From the human T2T-CHM13v2.0 reference genome, Homo sapiens: DNA of 64,000 nucleotides. A program made the position numbers and the translations under genes. The stretch lies in NCBI RefSeq assembly GCF_009914755.1, contig NC_060936.1; one strand, 5' to 3'. Shown in pieces: positions 47,473 through 60,579 of this stretch (position 1 is its first letter; every line of letters starts with the position of its first letter). Below the pieces are notes generated by a model that worked only from the letters and a program-made list of their open reading frames with translations, was not told the DNA's origin and did not search any database.

Positions 47473-49400
47473 GCTACTGATATTAAACCCTTTAATCCAC
47501 TGGGAGTGAAACAATGCTATGGCTTAGTTTGACTTGGTTAGTAGGTTATTTACTAATGACTAGAGCAATCAATTTACATTTACATTTTTAAAAATACAAT
47601 AATTATTCTGACTGTTCTCAATTAACATGAATTCAAGGACTTGCGTATTCCTATGAGTGGAGCTAGATTTCTAGGGTTGTTAGCTCTTTATCAAATATCA
47701 GTATTTAAGGACCACAGAAAATTAGCACTGTTTCACTACAGCAGCATTTTCATCAGATTTTAATACCATCTTCACATCTGCTTATATGGATGAAGAAAGT
47801 TTCATATTAGATATTTTCCCATCGCAGCTATATATTTGCTTTATCAGAATAAATACACCTTCCAAATCACCTATTTTGAAACAATCTGAAGTTTTCTCTA
47901 CTTTCAGACTTCATCACTGCTTAATATGCTTATATTCTAGACTGATAAATCATAGGAAATATAAACAATATAAAACCTTCAGGTAAGCTAATATCAAAAT
48001 ATTTACTGAAAACTTAAGAAGGGCTAGGCCTTGCGGGAACACAAAGGTAAACAAGACCTGGTCCATATTAAAAAACTAAGCCCACTGCATTCCTGTAGAG
48101 GTTCCCCAAATCCCACTTCCTTCTCCTTCAGTAATCCTTCATTTTTCATGACCATGTAAGTAGGTCCTCCAGGTAAGTGTCAGTCTCCTCTTGTTTGAAG
48201 GAAAAGAGCTCGTTAAGATACTGCTATCAATTTCTTGGGAGTCCTCTTGTTCTCCTTATTCACAGTCATTCTTCCGTGGGTAAGGTAGCCCTGAGAGTGT
48301 GAGTAGATGTGGGGCCACAATTCCTCACTGCCATAGCTAATGACCATAAAAACCATCTCACATATCTGATGCTTTCTTTTCTCAAGGTGGCTGAAAGTTC
48401 TAAACCGATGGAAAAATTATTCCAAGAAACCACTTTGTCTTTCTATTACCATGTCCAAACGAGACTGACAACAATCTCCAACTGTTGAAAGTCACAGGGG
48501 CAGTTTGTAGTGAAAATTGTCTCCAGTGACCTTGTAACTTACAGTAGCCCCTGTGAGAAACTAGGGTGCTTTTCAGTTATTTCTCCCCAACCAAAATATT
48601 TAAGAAACTTTTGTCAATATGTCCTTCTGTCCCACATCCCTGGCTTGTCCTCTGAGCAGCTGGACCTTTGCAATAAAACAGTTTCCCAAGAATTGATGGC
48701 CAAACCTTCTCCAATACTGTTATCCACTTACCCCAATTATCTACCTACCCTGACGAAAAAATTCACTAACCAAGAGAATCCCCAATTGCTTTTGGATGAT
48801 TGGGAAGGCTTCTAATCATCTAGAACCCTCTCTTAGGTGTCACAAGAAATCCAGCTGCTCAGAAATTCCCAAACAAGCAATTCAGACTCTGAAGTCACCT
48901 CCTAAGCTAATAGAAACACAGGATTCTGGAGGTATGGATGAAGATATGGTGCTACTAATACATTTAATGTGGCTCCTGGTGCTGCCTCCATGGACTTGCC
49001 GTTAGGCCTAAGAAACACTTCCTGTTTGAAACAGGGATGTCAGGGTGTTCTGACTCAGTGTGTCACACCACGTGTCCCTAGAGTTGACATAGCTAATCAG
49101 GCAGTCCTGTTTCTTCCTTATTGCCCAGTGAATGCCCCTCCCAAGGCTACACAGGATAGATTAAGAACCTTCCCAGGTAACAAAGGAATGCTCTTTGGTA
49201 AAGGAGTAAAGGGTACAAGTAGCTAAAGCACCTGTGCTAGAAACTCAATGTGAGCTCACTCCTCTGGGGGGCTGTCTACTTGACCGAGATGTTGAGTAAG
49301 GTCTCCCCATAGGGTAAAAGTAACTCAAACAAGAACATGGTGGGATAACCACTCTGTCACGAAGCACATCTTGGCATATTGCTTCTTTAAGAAAGACTCT

Positions 49401-49715
<315 letters not shown>

Positions 49716-51029
49716 TTAACAGGATTCCAAGGTAAAGTCCCTCACACAGTGGCCACCTGAAACATGAAATGAGTTCCTAAACTCACCCAATTAGTTTAGT
49801 GAAATGCTAATAATAGCTGTTACATTTAACACACTCATACTCCCAGTAAAAGAATGTGTCTATCAACAGAGACAGAATCTAATATTATAATTCTCAGTTA
49901 CAGACTTCTGAAAACTACATTCTAAGACAAGCTGGCTTCACTTAAGAACACTAATTGAAAGATCAGACGGAATCACAGCATAAATGAAAGGTGTACAGAT
50001 AGACAATCTGAAAAAGATGAACTATCCTTGTTCTTAGAGAACTGAGGAAAAGCTTGTGAGAGAGAACTGGAGACATGGAAATCTTATCTAAACCTGCCCA
50101 GAGTTTAAAATTATTAACACACCAACAACTAATTAATCTTAATGTTTTGTTTTTCTTAGACCAAATGTTTAAAAGCACTCTTGCCTATCACTGAAGCTGA
50201 ATCCGCCCAACACAGCAGCTTTATGTTAAGGTTACTGTGTGTTGTCAAACTATATTCCCAGCTCTATGAGCCCACAGGGCAAGGGAAAGGATTTTCATTT
50301 GCAAAACGAGAAGCAAAGGATGAATAGCCTTCTTTGGAATTTGATGGGATTAACTCCTACAATGCCGTCCTCCAGGAGAGATATAGAATATTTGGTCCTT
50401 CCCACACACTTTATAAGATCATCTGGTTGCTTAGCATTTCTACGTTGAGACTTTTTTTTAATTATAAAACAAATAAAAATATACAAGTAACTTTTAAAAC
50501 AATTCCCCTAATTACCAGAAGAAACATTCTGCACACATTCTCCCCCTATTTCATTGTTTATAATGCCCAGAAAGGTGACCATAAGGCTTATCTCTGGAGT
50601 CCGCTCCAACTATAAATGTTAAGTAAGAGTTTGACACTGTAATATTGGTCTGGTTCTTGCCACAGGGGTGGGAACTAGCAGGAGCTGAGATGTTCATCAT
50701 TTGGTGTTCTTACATCACAGGTGAATGGAAAAAGGCAGACAGAAGCAGCTGGCTTTGAGCTATCCATATGGGTGTGCAAATCTATGTGGCACTACCAGTT
50801 AATAGCAAGCAAAGAGGCACTTGAGCCAAGTCAAAAATACACTGACCTATGTGGAAGAATGATATAGTATTCAAGTTAAATAGAACGGTGACATCAATCA
50901 AAAGCTATAAATAAATCATTTTACACAGCAAAGTTGGGATGATCTATTGTACTGAGTTCACAGTGAAATATGCTTACTCATACAGCTCAGCAAGATTCTG
51001 AGTCCTTTTAATTCCATCACGAGCCTTAC

Positions 51030-51168
51030 CTGCAAGCAGGTGAACAGAGTTGAAGCTCTTCTCCAGTTTACCCAGAAGTACAGTGAGAAAACAGTCTGAA
51101 GAGAGAGAGGCAACATCTTGGGAGCTTTGATCGTAAACTACAACCTTCTGACTGCAATCAATGTCAAC
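51030..51168 (-). CDS. DUSP16: DUSP16 exon 3 (139 nt)
   Basis: tttgcatttcag|GTTGAC...GCAG|gtaagg; VDIDCSQKVVVYDQSS...SVHLLA. Confidence 0.98.
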
Positions 51169-52038
51169 CTGAAATGCAAACATGAGGCTTGTTAGGAAGA
51201 AGGTGAGAAAAGTAATCTCAAACTACTGCTTAAGATCTCACATTTACCAGTGCTGGGGCGAATAATTGCTTCCTGTTTTCAATTAATAATTTGAATAAAA
51301 ATGAGATGTAGTCAATTTACGAGACAGACACATACAAAACTCTTAAAAACCAAAATGATGCTATTTCTGTGTAGGTGATCTCACGATTCCCTGGTTTTAA
51401 ATCCTTTATACTATAAAATGGTAAAGTTCATAATAAACCAAACAATATGCAAAATAAACATAACCCTGGACCTAAACAAACTTTTTTTAAAATGACTTTT
51501 ACACCTTAACAAAGAAATCAGTTGTTTATTTAAATTAAAACATGAGCTCATTTGTATTTGTGAAGAAAAAAACCAACTTCCTCACCACACAGACAACATT
51601 TTAGTATCCCAGGAATAACTTCCCTTGAAGATATCATTAAGTCTTGACCAATGTTACCACATGTGTTATGACACATAAAAAGCACCCCTAATAATTAGTT
51701 CCTACTTTCTTTCCAAAGAACTTGAAAAGAATGACTTTCCTTTCAGTAAATTTGCAGATAATATAGAATAGTGTTTAATAAAATCATTTTAGCAAGCCAC
51801 AAGAAAATATAGCACTTGTCCAAACTAAAGCAAGTTAATCCTTCATAGTTTAGAAATATTATTAAATGTGGCAATATGGACAATAAATTATTTTGAGGTA
51901 CCACAAGGCACCAAAATTTAAAAAGCAACCAAAACTTCCTCAAATTACTTTCTCTACTTAAAGAGGAGGCTTCAATTAAAATTATTCCTCATTCAGTGTG
52001 TCCATTTATTTTGAAAAGGCAAAAAGGAAAGCGTTTAC

Positions 52039-52266
52039 CTTATGTTTCGCTGAATGCTGGATGAGCTCTGTAATTAACACTTTGTCCTGTTGCAACCTTC
52101 GCTTCATAAGCTTGGAGCAGTTGATATTAATGGCTTCCAAAATGTGGGATGTATTGTATTCCACAAATGGCCGGCTATCAATTAGCAGCACTTTTTCCGT
52201 TCCACTTTCCAGCAGAGCCACCAACCTCTCAGTAACAATTTGAGTTCCAATCATCTCATGGGCCAT
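52039..52266 (-). CDS. DUSP16: DUSP16 first coding exon (exon 2) CDS, aa 1-76, start of rhodanese/MAPK-binding domain with KIM basic cluster
   Basis: Translates MAHEMIGTQIVTERLVALLESGTEKVLLIDSRPF...LMKRRLQQDK...KHK; strong Kozak gtcATGG; donor AAG|gtaaac. Confidence 0.98.
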
Positions 52267-52631
52267 GACAACAATAAGTCCTCTTTTCCCACCTCCTTCT
52301 TTAATTTGCCACGATGATGTAATGGTGGTGTGCTCAAAGGCTCAGCCACTCCATTGTACTAAAAGTGTATGAGGTCAGGCTGGTGGTGACTGGCAAAAGG
52401 AGAGTTAAACCCATTTTCAGCAAGAGCCCTCCAAGTGAATGTCTCTTTCTCTTTCCCGTTGATGTGCTCCTGCAAAGGACTCCGTCCACAAAGCAGCCCC
52501 TCACATTTGATTCATAAAGAGATGACTGGAATAACCATTCCACAACAAAAGATGCTTTGGAGCAGCCAGCGCATTACATCATTCTTTACCTTTGCTCCCG
52601 CGCTCCAACAGCTTTACACTGGACTGAAAGC
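52267..52631 (-). other. DUSP16: 5'UTR part of DUSP16 exon 2 (whole exon 52039-52631, 593 nt)
   Basis: Long pyrimidine tract and acceptor ttgttttctgtctttctctctccgcgtag|GCTTTC at 52631; contains 8 upstream ATGs. Confidence 0.85.
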
Positions 52632-53693
52632 CTACGCGGAGAGAGAAAGACAGAAAACAAAACGTGAGGTCAAAAAAAGAAGAAAGAGTGTCAGATTAGA
52701 GAGAGTGTATGATTCATAATATTTACTCCATTAATCTAATTCCATACTTGATGCACTGCTTCATTTGAACAAACAAATAAAAAGGACAAATTGGTATGGC
52801 TTCAGAAAAATGTGCTAGTGATAATTCCATTTTACCTCAAAATGTAAAAACTCAAAGAAAACAAAACAAGACATATCATGAATTATAATCACCTAGGGCT
52901 CAGAACTAAATGACCTGTAGTATTGAATTAAAAGGGCTACAAAAAGCTGCTTGAAGTATTATTATTCCAAATAGTTTTCCTATATTTTATTTGCTTATTT
53001 ATTGAAATCCCACAAAGAATGGCAGCTGAGGACAAAGTTAGCAATCCTGTGTTACCAGGACAAAAAAAAAAATATTTTCTGAAATGGCTTGAGAATTCCT
53101 GCGATGAATGGGTAGGTGTATATGTGTGTATGTGTGTGCACATGTGAGCTCACGCGAGTACCAGGGCGCAAACAGCAGCCTTTTAAAATTGCCCTCACGG
53201 AGGAGAGAAGATGCAGGAAAACTGGAGTTTCTATAAATTTCAGCTATCTTTTAAGGAAGAGGAAGGACAAAAACAACTGATATGTTTGTCACAGCAGCTG
53301 CTGAGCTAGGCCTGTGAAGTGCTGAAGCTCACAGCCATGGCCCTGTCATGTCTCCTTCCGGAGGCCATCTCCCTACCACCAAGTTGCTTAAGGCCCTGTA
53401 AGCTTATCCTTCACTTTTTCCTGCTTCATTCTTCAGAGAATCACTAACTCCTAGTCTTAAAAAAATCTCACCCCTTAACCTGGAACTCTAAGTTGGCAAC
53501 CCAGACATAGAGAGCCCTTAAAGCTGAACCCAGTGCTTCCCTTTCTTGCCAAACTCCTTTAATCAATCACTTTCTAATTAACACTAGTTGAAGTTTTGCG
53601 CTTATTGCTTGGACTTCACCTTGACCTTCAATACTCTCGGATTCCTATCTCCCCTGGTCCATCTCTGCTTATATGAAATCCTCTACTACATAA

Positions 53694-54038
<345 letters not shown>

Positions 54039-56440
54039 TAAATATTTGATTGCAAAAGTTTATTATATTTCTTACTTCTACAGTACTTTGGACATAACAT
54101 ACTCAATATATTATTATAGTAGGTAAATTCTTCCTTGTTCCAAAAACAGTTTAAGATTCTAAATAAATATTTGATTAGCTGATTTCAGGTCAGGATGTCA
54201 GAGCCTTTAAAAACCTTTAGATCATGTTTCCTAATTTTGTACTTACAAATTAGAAGCTAAAGCATGGAGACAGAAGGTGGAGCATGATATAAAGAGATGT
54301 AGCTTTGCCATTTACTTATGCAACCTTGGACAAATCACATAACCTCTCTAAACCACAGTTTCTTCACCTACAAAATGGAGACATTATAGTGGCCTCATCT
54401 CTTCAAATTTGGTCTGAGAACAAAATTATCTAATTTATTGAAAGCTGGTAAATAAAAAAGCAACTATGCATCATAGACAGGAGGAAAAATACCCTACAGA
54501 TGCCAATGGCAAACAAAGCTGGCTTGCATCTGGCATCTGAAAGACATCACTCACAGATAAAAACAGATGTAATTCCATCCTCCTATAGTACAGCTGCAAC
54601 CAAACTGTGCCCTTTCTCACAGAGGCTGACACACAGGGAGTTAGAAGGCACCTGAGATACTGTCTCAACCACACCATATTTTACAAACCAGCTCCATTTA
54701 ATACATTATATTTCCATTTCTTATTTTCCAAGAAACAACTTTCATTAATGTATTATTTTTAGCATAGCTTTATGGTAATGAAGTACAAAAGTCATCTCTA
54801 TTTTCAACTGAAGGAACTATAAGAGAGAATTTGTCCTAGTCAATCCACTAATAAACTTCTGCAAAGCGCCTACCAAAGCCATACCACTCAATCAGGTTCT
54901 GCCTGCTCAGTGACAGAGTTCACGGCAATGTAAGGTCCTGTATTCAGATTGTCTGATTCCCAAACCAGGGCTTCTACTACTGGGTTGCCCTGTTTTCCCT
55001 AAGTACTTGTTCCCATAATGGAACTGGACTGGGAAAGAATGATGCCAATTGTCCATGAGGGTACCCAGGTGGCACAGAAAGTGGAAATCCGAGAACAAGA
55101 GCAAGTTGATTCCAACAATGGCACTGGGTCTCTGAGTCTGATTGGCTCCTCTCAAAGAGATAAAATCCGGATGGGACAAAGCAGTTATCTGGGTTAGCAG
55201 ATCAAGGGACAAAAGGAGGGAGAAGTCAGCAAACATGCAAAAGTTGAATTAGAAAGTTCTCATCTTTGCTTCCCCTCAGCCAATTCTCATAAACCCAAAG
55301 ACAGGTTACAACAAACAGTTCTACAGAGCAGAGAATGTCATTCTTGCCCAGAGAATCAGAGCTTAGTTACAGATATAAAAAGACCCTTTCCCTGACCAAG
55401 AAAGGCTCTGGTCAAAGTGACTCTAAGCTGAGGATGTAAGTGAAGCATAGGGGTAAAAGTGAAGTGAGGGTGAAGTTCCATTCTTTCAGTGCTGTACTGA
55501 GGCCAGCTGGAGTCCTCCTGGTAGGACTTCATGCCCAAGGTCTAATTCTCTGTAGTGCTAAATGGGTGAGGTGAGAGGCAGAGCCCTGCCAAGGGATCAT
55601 GGAGGGTAAAGTAACAATGGCCTTAATCTCTTTCATTTACAGTTAGAGAATTTTGGTTAAATCTCCATCACTGGCTATGAGTCTAATTTTAAAAATTTCT
55701 CTGTAGTTACTGTTTTGTTTTCAAAATCCTTTGCATTAGGTAAGATTTGAAAGATGACAAGAGAATATTTTGCTTGCAACATCACCAAGCTAATCTTACC
55801 CAGAATTTCTATAAGTCAAGGGGAATAAAAATTTTTACAATGAACCACAAAGGCTCAAGTCCATAGAACAAAATCCAGAGCAGACCAGCTTTGCTATTTA
55901 TCTATTTATTTAGCCAGCTGCTAAAGTTGAAATACTTTCTTTAGATTTTTAAATAGGTAATATATTCATATGGTTCAAAAAAAGTCTAAAAATGTATACA
56001 TAGTATGAACGTGTACAGTTTATTGTGTCACTTATACATCAATAAAGGTGTTTAAAATTGCCACGATATTGAAACTTCAGCAAATACATTTAAATAAAAA
56101 AAAACTAAATATATTCATAATCCTTCTTCTACCATTATCCTCCATCTGCCTGGGTCCCAACCCTGCCCTCTAACTGGTAACAACTTTTAGTAGTCTCATC
56201 TAATTTATTCCAAAGATTTTTTTAAATTAATATAGAATGAAGCACAAATATACACACTTTTCCTTCTCTTTGTTCAAATGGTTACAAAGTATAGACACTG
56301 TCTTGCATCTTGCTTTTTCTTTCACTTACAGTACTTGAATCTCATTTTTTTCAACATTTAATTAGAAAATGAATCAATCTATATTTCCATGGGCCTTGCA
56401 TATATGCATGTCTGGAAATCTAAATAAAACATGTAGAAAT

Positions 56441-56896
56441 TCTTTTTTTTTTTTGAGACAGAGTTTCACTCTTATTGCCCAGGCTGGAGTGCAATGGCGC
56501 ATCTCGGCTCACCGCAACCTCCACCTCCCAGGTTCAAGCGATTCTCCTGCCTCAGCCTCTCCAGTAGCTGGGATTACAGGCATGCGCCACCACACCCGGC
56601 TAATTTTGTATTTCTAGTAGAGATGGGGTTTCTCCATGTCAGGCTGGTCTCGAACTCCCGACCTCAGGTAATCCACCTGCCTTGGCCTCCCAAAGTGCTG
56701 GGATTACAGGTGTGAGCCACTGCATCCGGCGAAATTCTTAAACTTAAAAGATAACTCCAGCTGGGCATAGTAGCTCATGACTGTAATCCAAGCACTTTGG
56801 AAGGCCAAGGCAGGAGGATCACTTGAGTCCAAGAGTTCAAGACCAGCCTGAGCAACACAGTGAGACCCTATCTCTACAAAAAATTAAAAATATATG

Positions 56897-56930
<34 letters not shown>
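56441..56930. mobile_element. AluSp-like (minus, 56441-56731) head-to-head with FLAM (plus, 56759-56890), then (CA)15
   Basis: Direct reading. Confidence 0.9.
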
Positions 56931-56932
<2 letters not shown>

Positions 56933-58682
56933 TTTCCCCCCTAGAATTACATACTAGAGTACCTAAGAAGCTGACAAGTAACTCATAATAGTGTGCTCAA
57001 AAGGTTAGCAAATTAAATGCTGGGGGTCACCACAGCTGGCCTGTTTTATGACATACTAGTTAGAGAGTACCCTCTATAACTACTCTGGCTTAAAAGAAAG
57101 TTAAAATGTGATGGTGAACATTCATGAAGTTATGGAAATTATCTTTTAAAGGATAACCTAAAGTCAGCAAGGCAGTATTTATCAAACTGAAGACTGGTAA
57201 CCTTAATCAGGGCTACTACACAAAAAACTGCAAAGTATCCCAAGTTCAAAATAAAGGTTTTAAAAGACTATCTAGGAATAAAGATAAACTGAGTCAACAT
57301 CTTAGTATAACAAAATGACTACAGATCATGGAAGAAAATCAGCAAATCTCCTAAAGAAATACCATTTCTGGTATATTTTTACCTTTCAGCAAATGATTTA
57401 TGTTTTATATTTTATAATATTTAACACAAGTTGTATAACAACTTTCCCCCTTTAATATACAATTTTGTCTGTTTTTATATGTAATTTATTTTTATTTAGA
57501 TTCCATTTGGTTACTTATGGAAATGTATTTATGACTATAACAGAAATCACTGGAGTTTTATTTCTTGAAATTCACTCTATATCCAACTCTGCACAAATAC
57601 GGTGTATCAATGAAGTATGCTACTGAATAAGTTATGTTTAAGAACTGTAAGTCTATTTTTATGTTAAAGTGAACAGGTAGGGCCTGTTTCAACTAAGAGA
57701 ACAACATAAAGTCTGTATAAAACCAGTATTTGCCATTAATTACTTAAAAGGAAAATGTTTTGTTTCGATTTTTATTACTTGTACACTTCAAAATTTGTGC
57801 CTAGCCAGAGAATCCTTTTTTTAAGATTATTTTTACGTGATTATATTAAGGATCTTCTTCTGCTTCCCAGATGATTTTTCTCTTCAACTTCCCAAACATG
57901 ATCCTGGGTTCTAGGTCAGTCATACTGACACTGACTATATCCCACTCAGAAAAAAAGTGATAATCGCTCACACACACAATTTTTTTCTTTCTACCCATGG
58001 GTTATTTTCTGCTGGCAGCAATAGTTTCATCTGCTACTGCTACTGCTGCCCTAAAACACCCACTCCCAAGGCCTGCATCAAGGCCCACAGCAGGGGATGG
58101 GGCTCCAGGAGGAAGCGGGGGGTCCCACTCAGAGAGGCACAACTCCATTTTAAACATTTTCTTTTACAAAGAGAAATTATCAGGGAAAGGAAAAGGATCC
58201 CATAGCTATGGGGTGCTTAACAGGCCTGTTGAGTGAGGAGAGGGATTTAGTTTTATTTGGTTGGGCTAGAGCTCAAGTTCAAATTCTCAGTTTATGGAAA
58301 GGATATAATCAGGTGAGAAGTTTACTTTTATTAAACTACAAGCCTGACTTAAATTTTTTCCCTCCAACAAAACTGAAGAAACAGGCAACAAGATATACCG
58401 AAATGCCTTTCAATAGAGCCCTAAACACAGGCTTTCAATAACAGGAAAAAAACCAATCAAAAGGGAAAAAAGGAGACTATCATATCTGCAAGCAAACAAG
58501 AACTCCTTAGACTTTGACTGCCTCAATGCTACACAGATTAAAGCAACTTTATCTCATAAGCTGTGGGTTAAGATAAACTTGATAGAAATTCTGAGCTCTG
58601 GTATTTGGCAAATATATTCAATTAAAAAAATAAAAACAAACACAAAAAACCACCCTCACCAAAATCAAGAAAGCTAAGAACT

Positions 58683-58772
58683 TGGTGCGGCAAACCACCA
58701 TGGCATGTGTATACCTATGAAACAAACCTGCATGTTCTGCACATGTACCCCAGAACTTAAAAGTATAATATA
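58683..58772 (+). mobile_element. L1PA 3'-end fragment
   Basis: caaaccaccatggca..aaacctgcatgttctgcacatgtaccccagaacttaaaagtataata. Confidence 0.85.
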
Positions 58773-60275
58773 TACTTTATAATATGTACTTTTATTTATA
58801 AAAGTATAAAACAAAGTAAAACTACAAACTTAATGTGCTTTTTAGCTGCCTATTAATGTCTGATCATATTTCCTTACCCAAAAATTGAGGACACATATTC
58901 TGACAAGTGATGGCAATAATGAGACTGCTTGAAGCAAAACTATTTAGATGATACTAGACCTGGAGACAGCAGTTATCCGCACCGTAGAACCCAGTTGCCT
59001 CGCACTGACATACCACACTGTTGAAAGCCGCCCCTCCAATCAGAGGTTCAGGTTGTTTACATACATCTCAAGGACCCACAGATAAAGGCTGGAATAGCAG
59101 TCAGCCTTCAAAGACTACCTATAATGCCTGCGCTTTTAGGCACAGGCCAGCCCAGGCAGAGGCCAAATCTGTGAGAAGCCTTCACCAAAGTTTCTGTTCA
59201 GGGCAAGGAGCACTCCCCTCCTGGTATTGGCTCAATCAGAGCTCTTGTCTTTTTCTTAGTACTGCTTCCTGTTTATGATCACCTGTTTCACCCGCTTCCC
59301 CTTCCCTGACCCACCTGAGCTCTCCTCCTCCTTCCCCCTCCCAACCTTCCTCTTTCCCTCTGCCACCCATGTATGTATCCTAGACACACTCCTCCTGGCC
59401 CACAGGCTCCTTCACCTACCCCTCTACACTTAATGCTTCCTCCAGACACGCTGCCTGAAAACTCAGGACCCTACCTACTGGGAGAGGGGCCGGTGTATGG
59501 AGGTGGTCTTGGGAGGGTAGAAATGGAAGGATCCCTGGATGAAGTTACTGGGCAAGAGGAAATACGGCCAGGGATTGGCTTAATCTGAGAATTGAGGAGA
59601 AAATGTTTTAGAAGGGTATTTTCAGTAAAGGTAGGCTGGAGGCAGGAGAAGAAAGATTTAGAACAAGCCAAACAGAGGTCAGATGGGGATTAATTCGTGC
59701 ATCCTGGTTTTCTTGAACATCTGCCAAATCACTATAATTCATCAGGCCTACTGTAACTAATTCAGTCAACTAACAAGTACTTATTTGGCACCTAATATGT
59801 GCCAGGCACTGTGAAAATGTAGCAATAAATGAAAAAAGTATTCATTATAATTTATAAGTTATTAATGTACTGCCTGGTTATAAATTAACAAGGCAAAAAT
59901 TACTGCCTTTCTGGAGCTTCTAATTTAGTGATGGGGGACACGATCAACAACAAAAACAAAACATTTCCTATGATAGACGCCGATAAGAACTAGGGAGAAA
60001 AAATAGAGCAAGAGCAAAGGGTGTGCGGGGGTGGCTGTTAAATTGTAAACAGAGTAGTCACAGAAGGCCTTACCTTGAGAACATGAGAGAGGAGAGTGGT
60101 AAGAGACTGAGCTATGTGGATACCTGGAAGATTGTAGCTTTCTGGGGCCAATGAATATACTAGCCAAGATAATGCTGAATTGGGCAAATACCAATAAAAG
60201 ATGTGGCAGGTGTTCATGCTTTGTTCAGAACTATGGTTATATCTATTGGAAATGATGCATTTCCAGGAAACTGAA

Positions 60276-60577
60276 CTTTTGTTTTTGTTGTTTTTTGAGA
60301 CAGGGTCTTGCTCTGTCACCCAAGGCTGGAATGCAGTGCTATGATCTCAGTTTACTGCAACCTTCAACTCCTGGGCTCAAGTGATCCTCCCACTTCAGTC
60401 TCCCAAGTAACTGGGACCACAGGCATGTGCCACCACACCTGGCTAATTTTTATTTCTTGTAGAGACGGGGTCTCACTGTGTTGCTTAGTCTGGTCTCAAA
60501 CTCCTGGGCTCAAACAATTCTCATACATTGGCCTCCAAAAGTGCTGGGATTACAGGCGTGAGCCACTGTGCCCGGCC
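60276..60577 (-). mobile_element. AluJ
   Basis: Alu consensus. Confidence 0.9.
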
Positions 60578-60579
60578 AA

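Noticed and set aside
48060-48960. Possible retroviral pol or processed-pseudogene remnant
   Set aside because: No convincing motif, tail or TSD by eye; needs a Dfam/BLASTX search.
52334-52543. 69-aa upstream ORF in the track
   Set aside because: Starts at GTG; the ATG-initiated part is the 26-aa uORF reported above.
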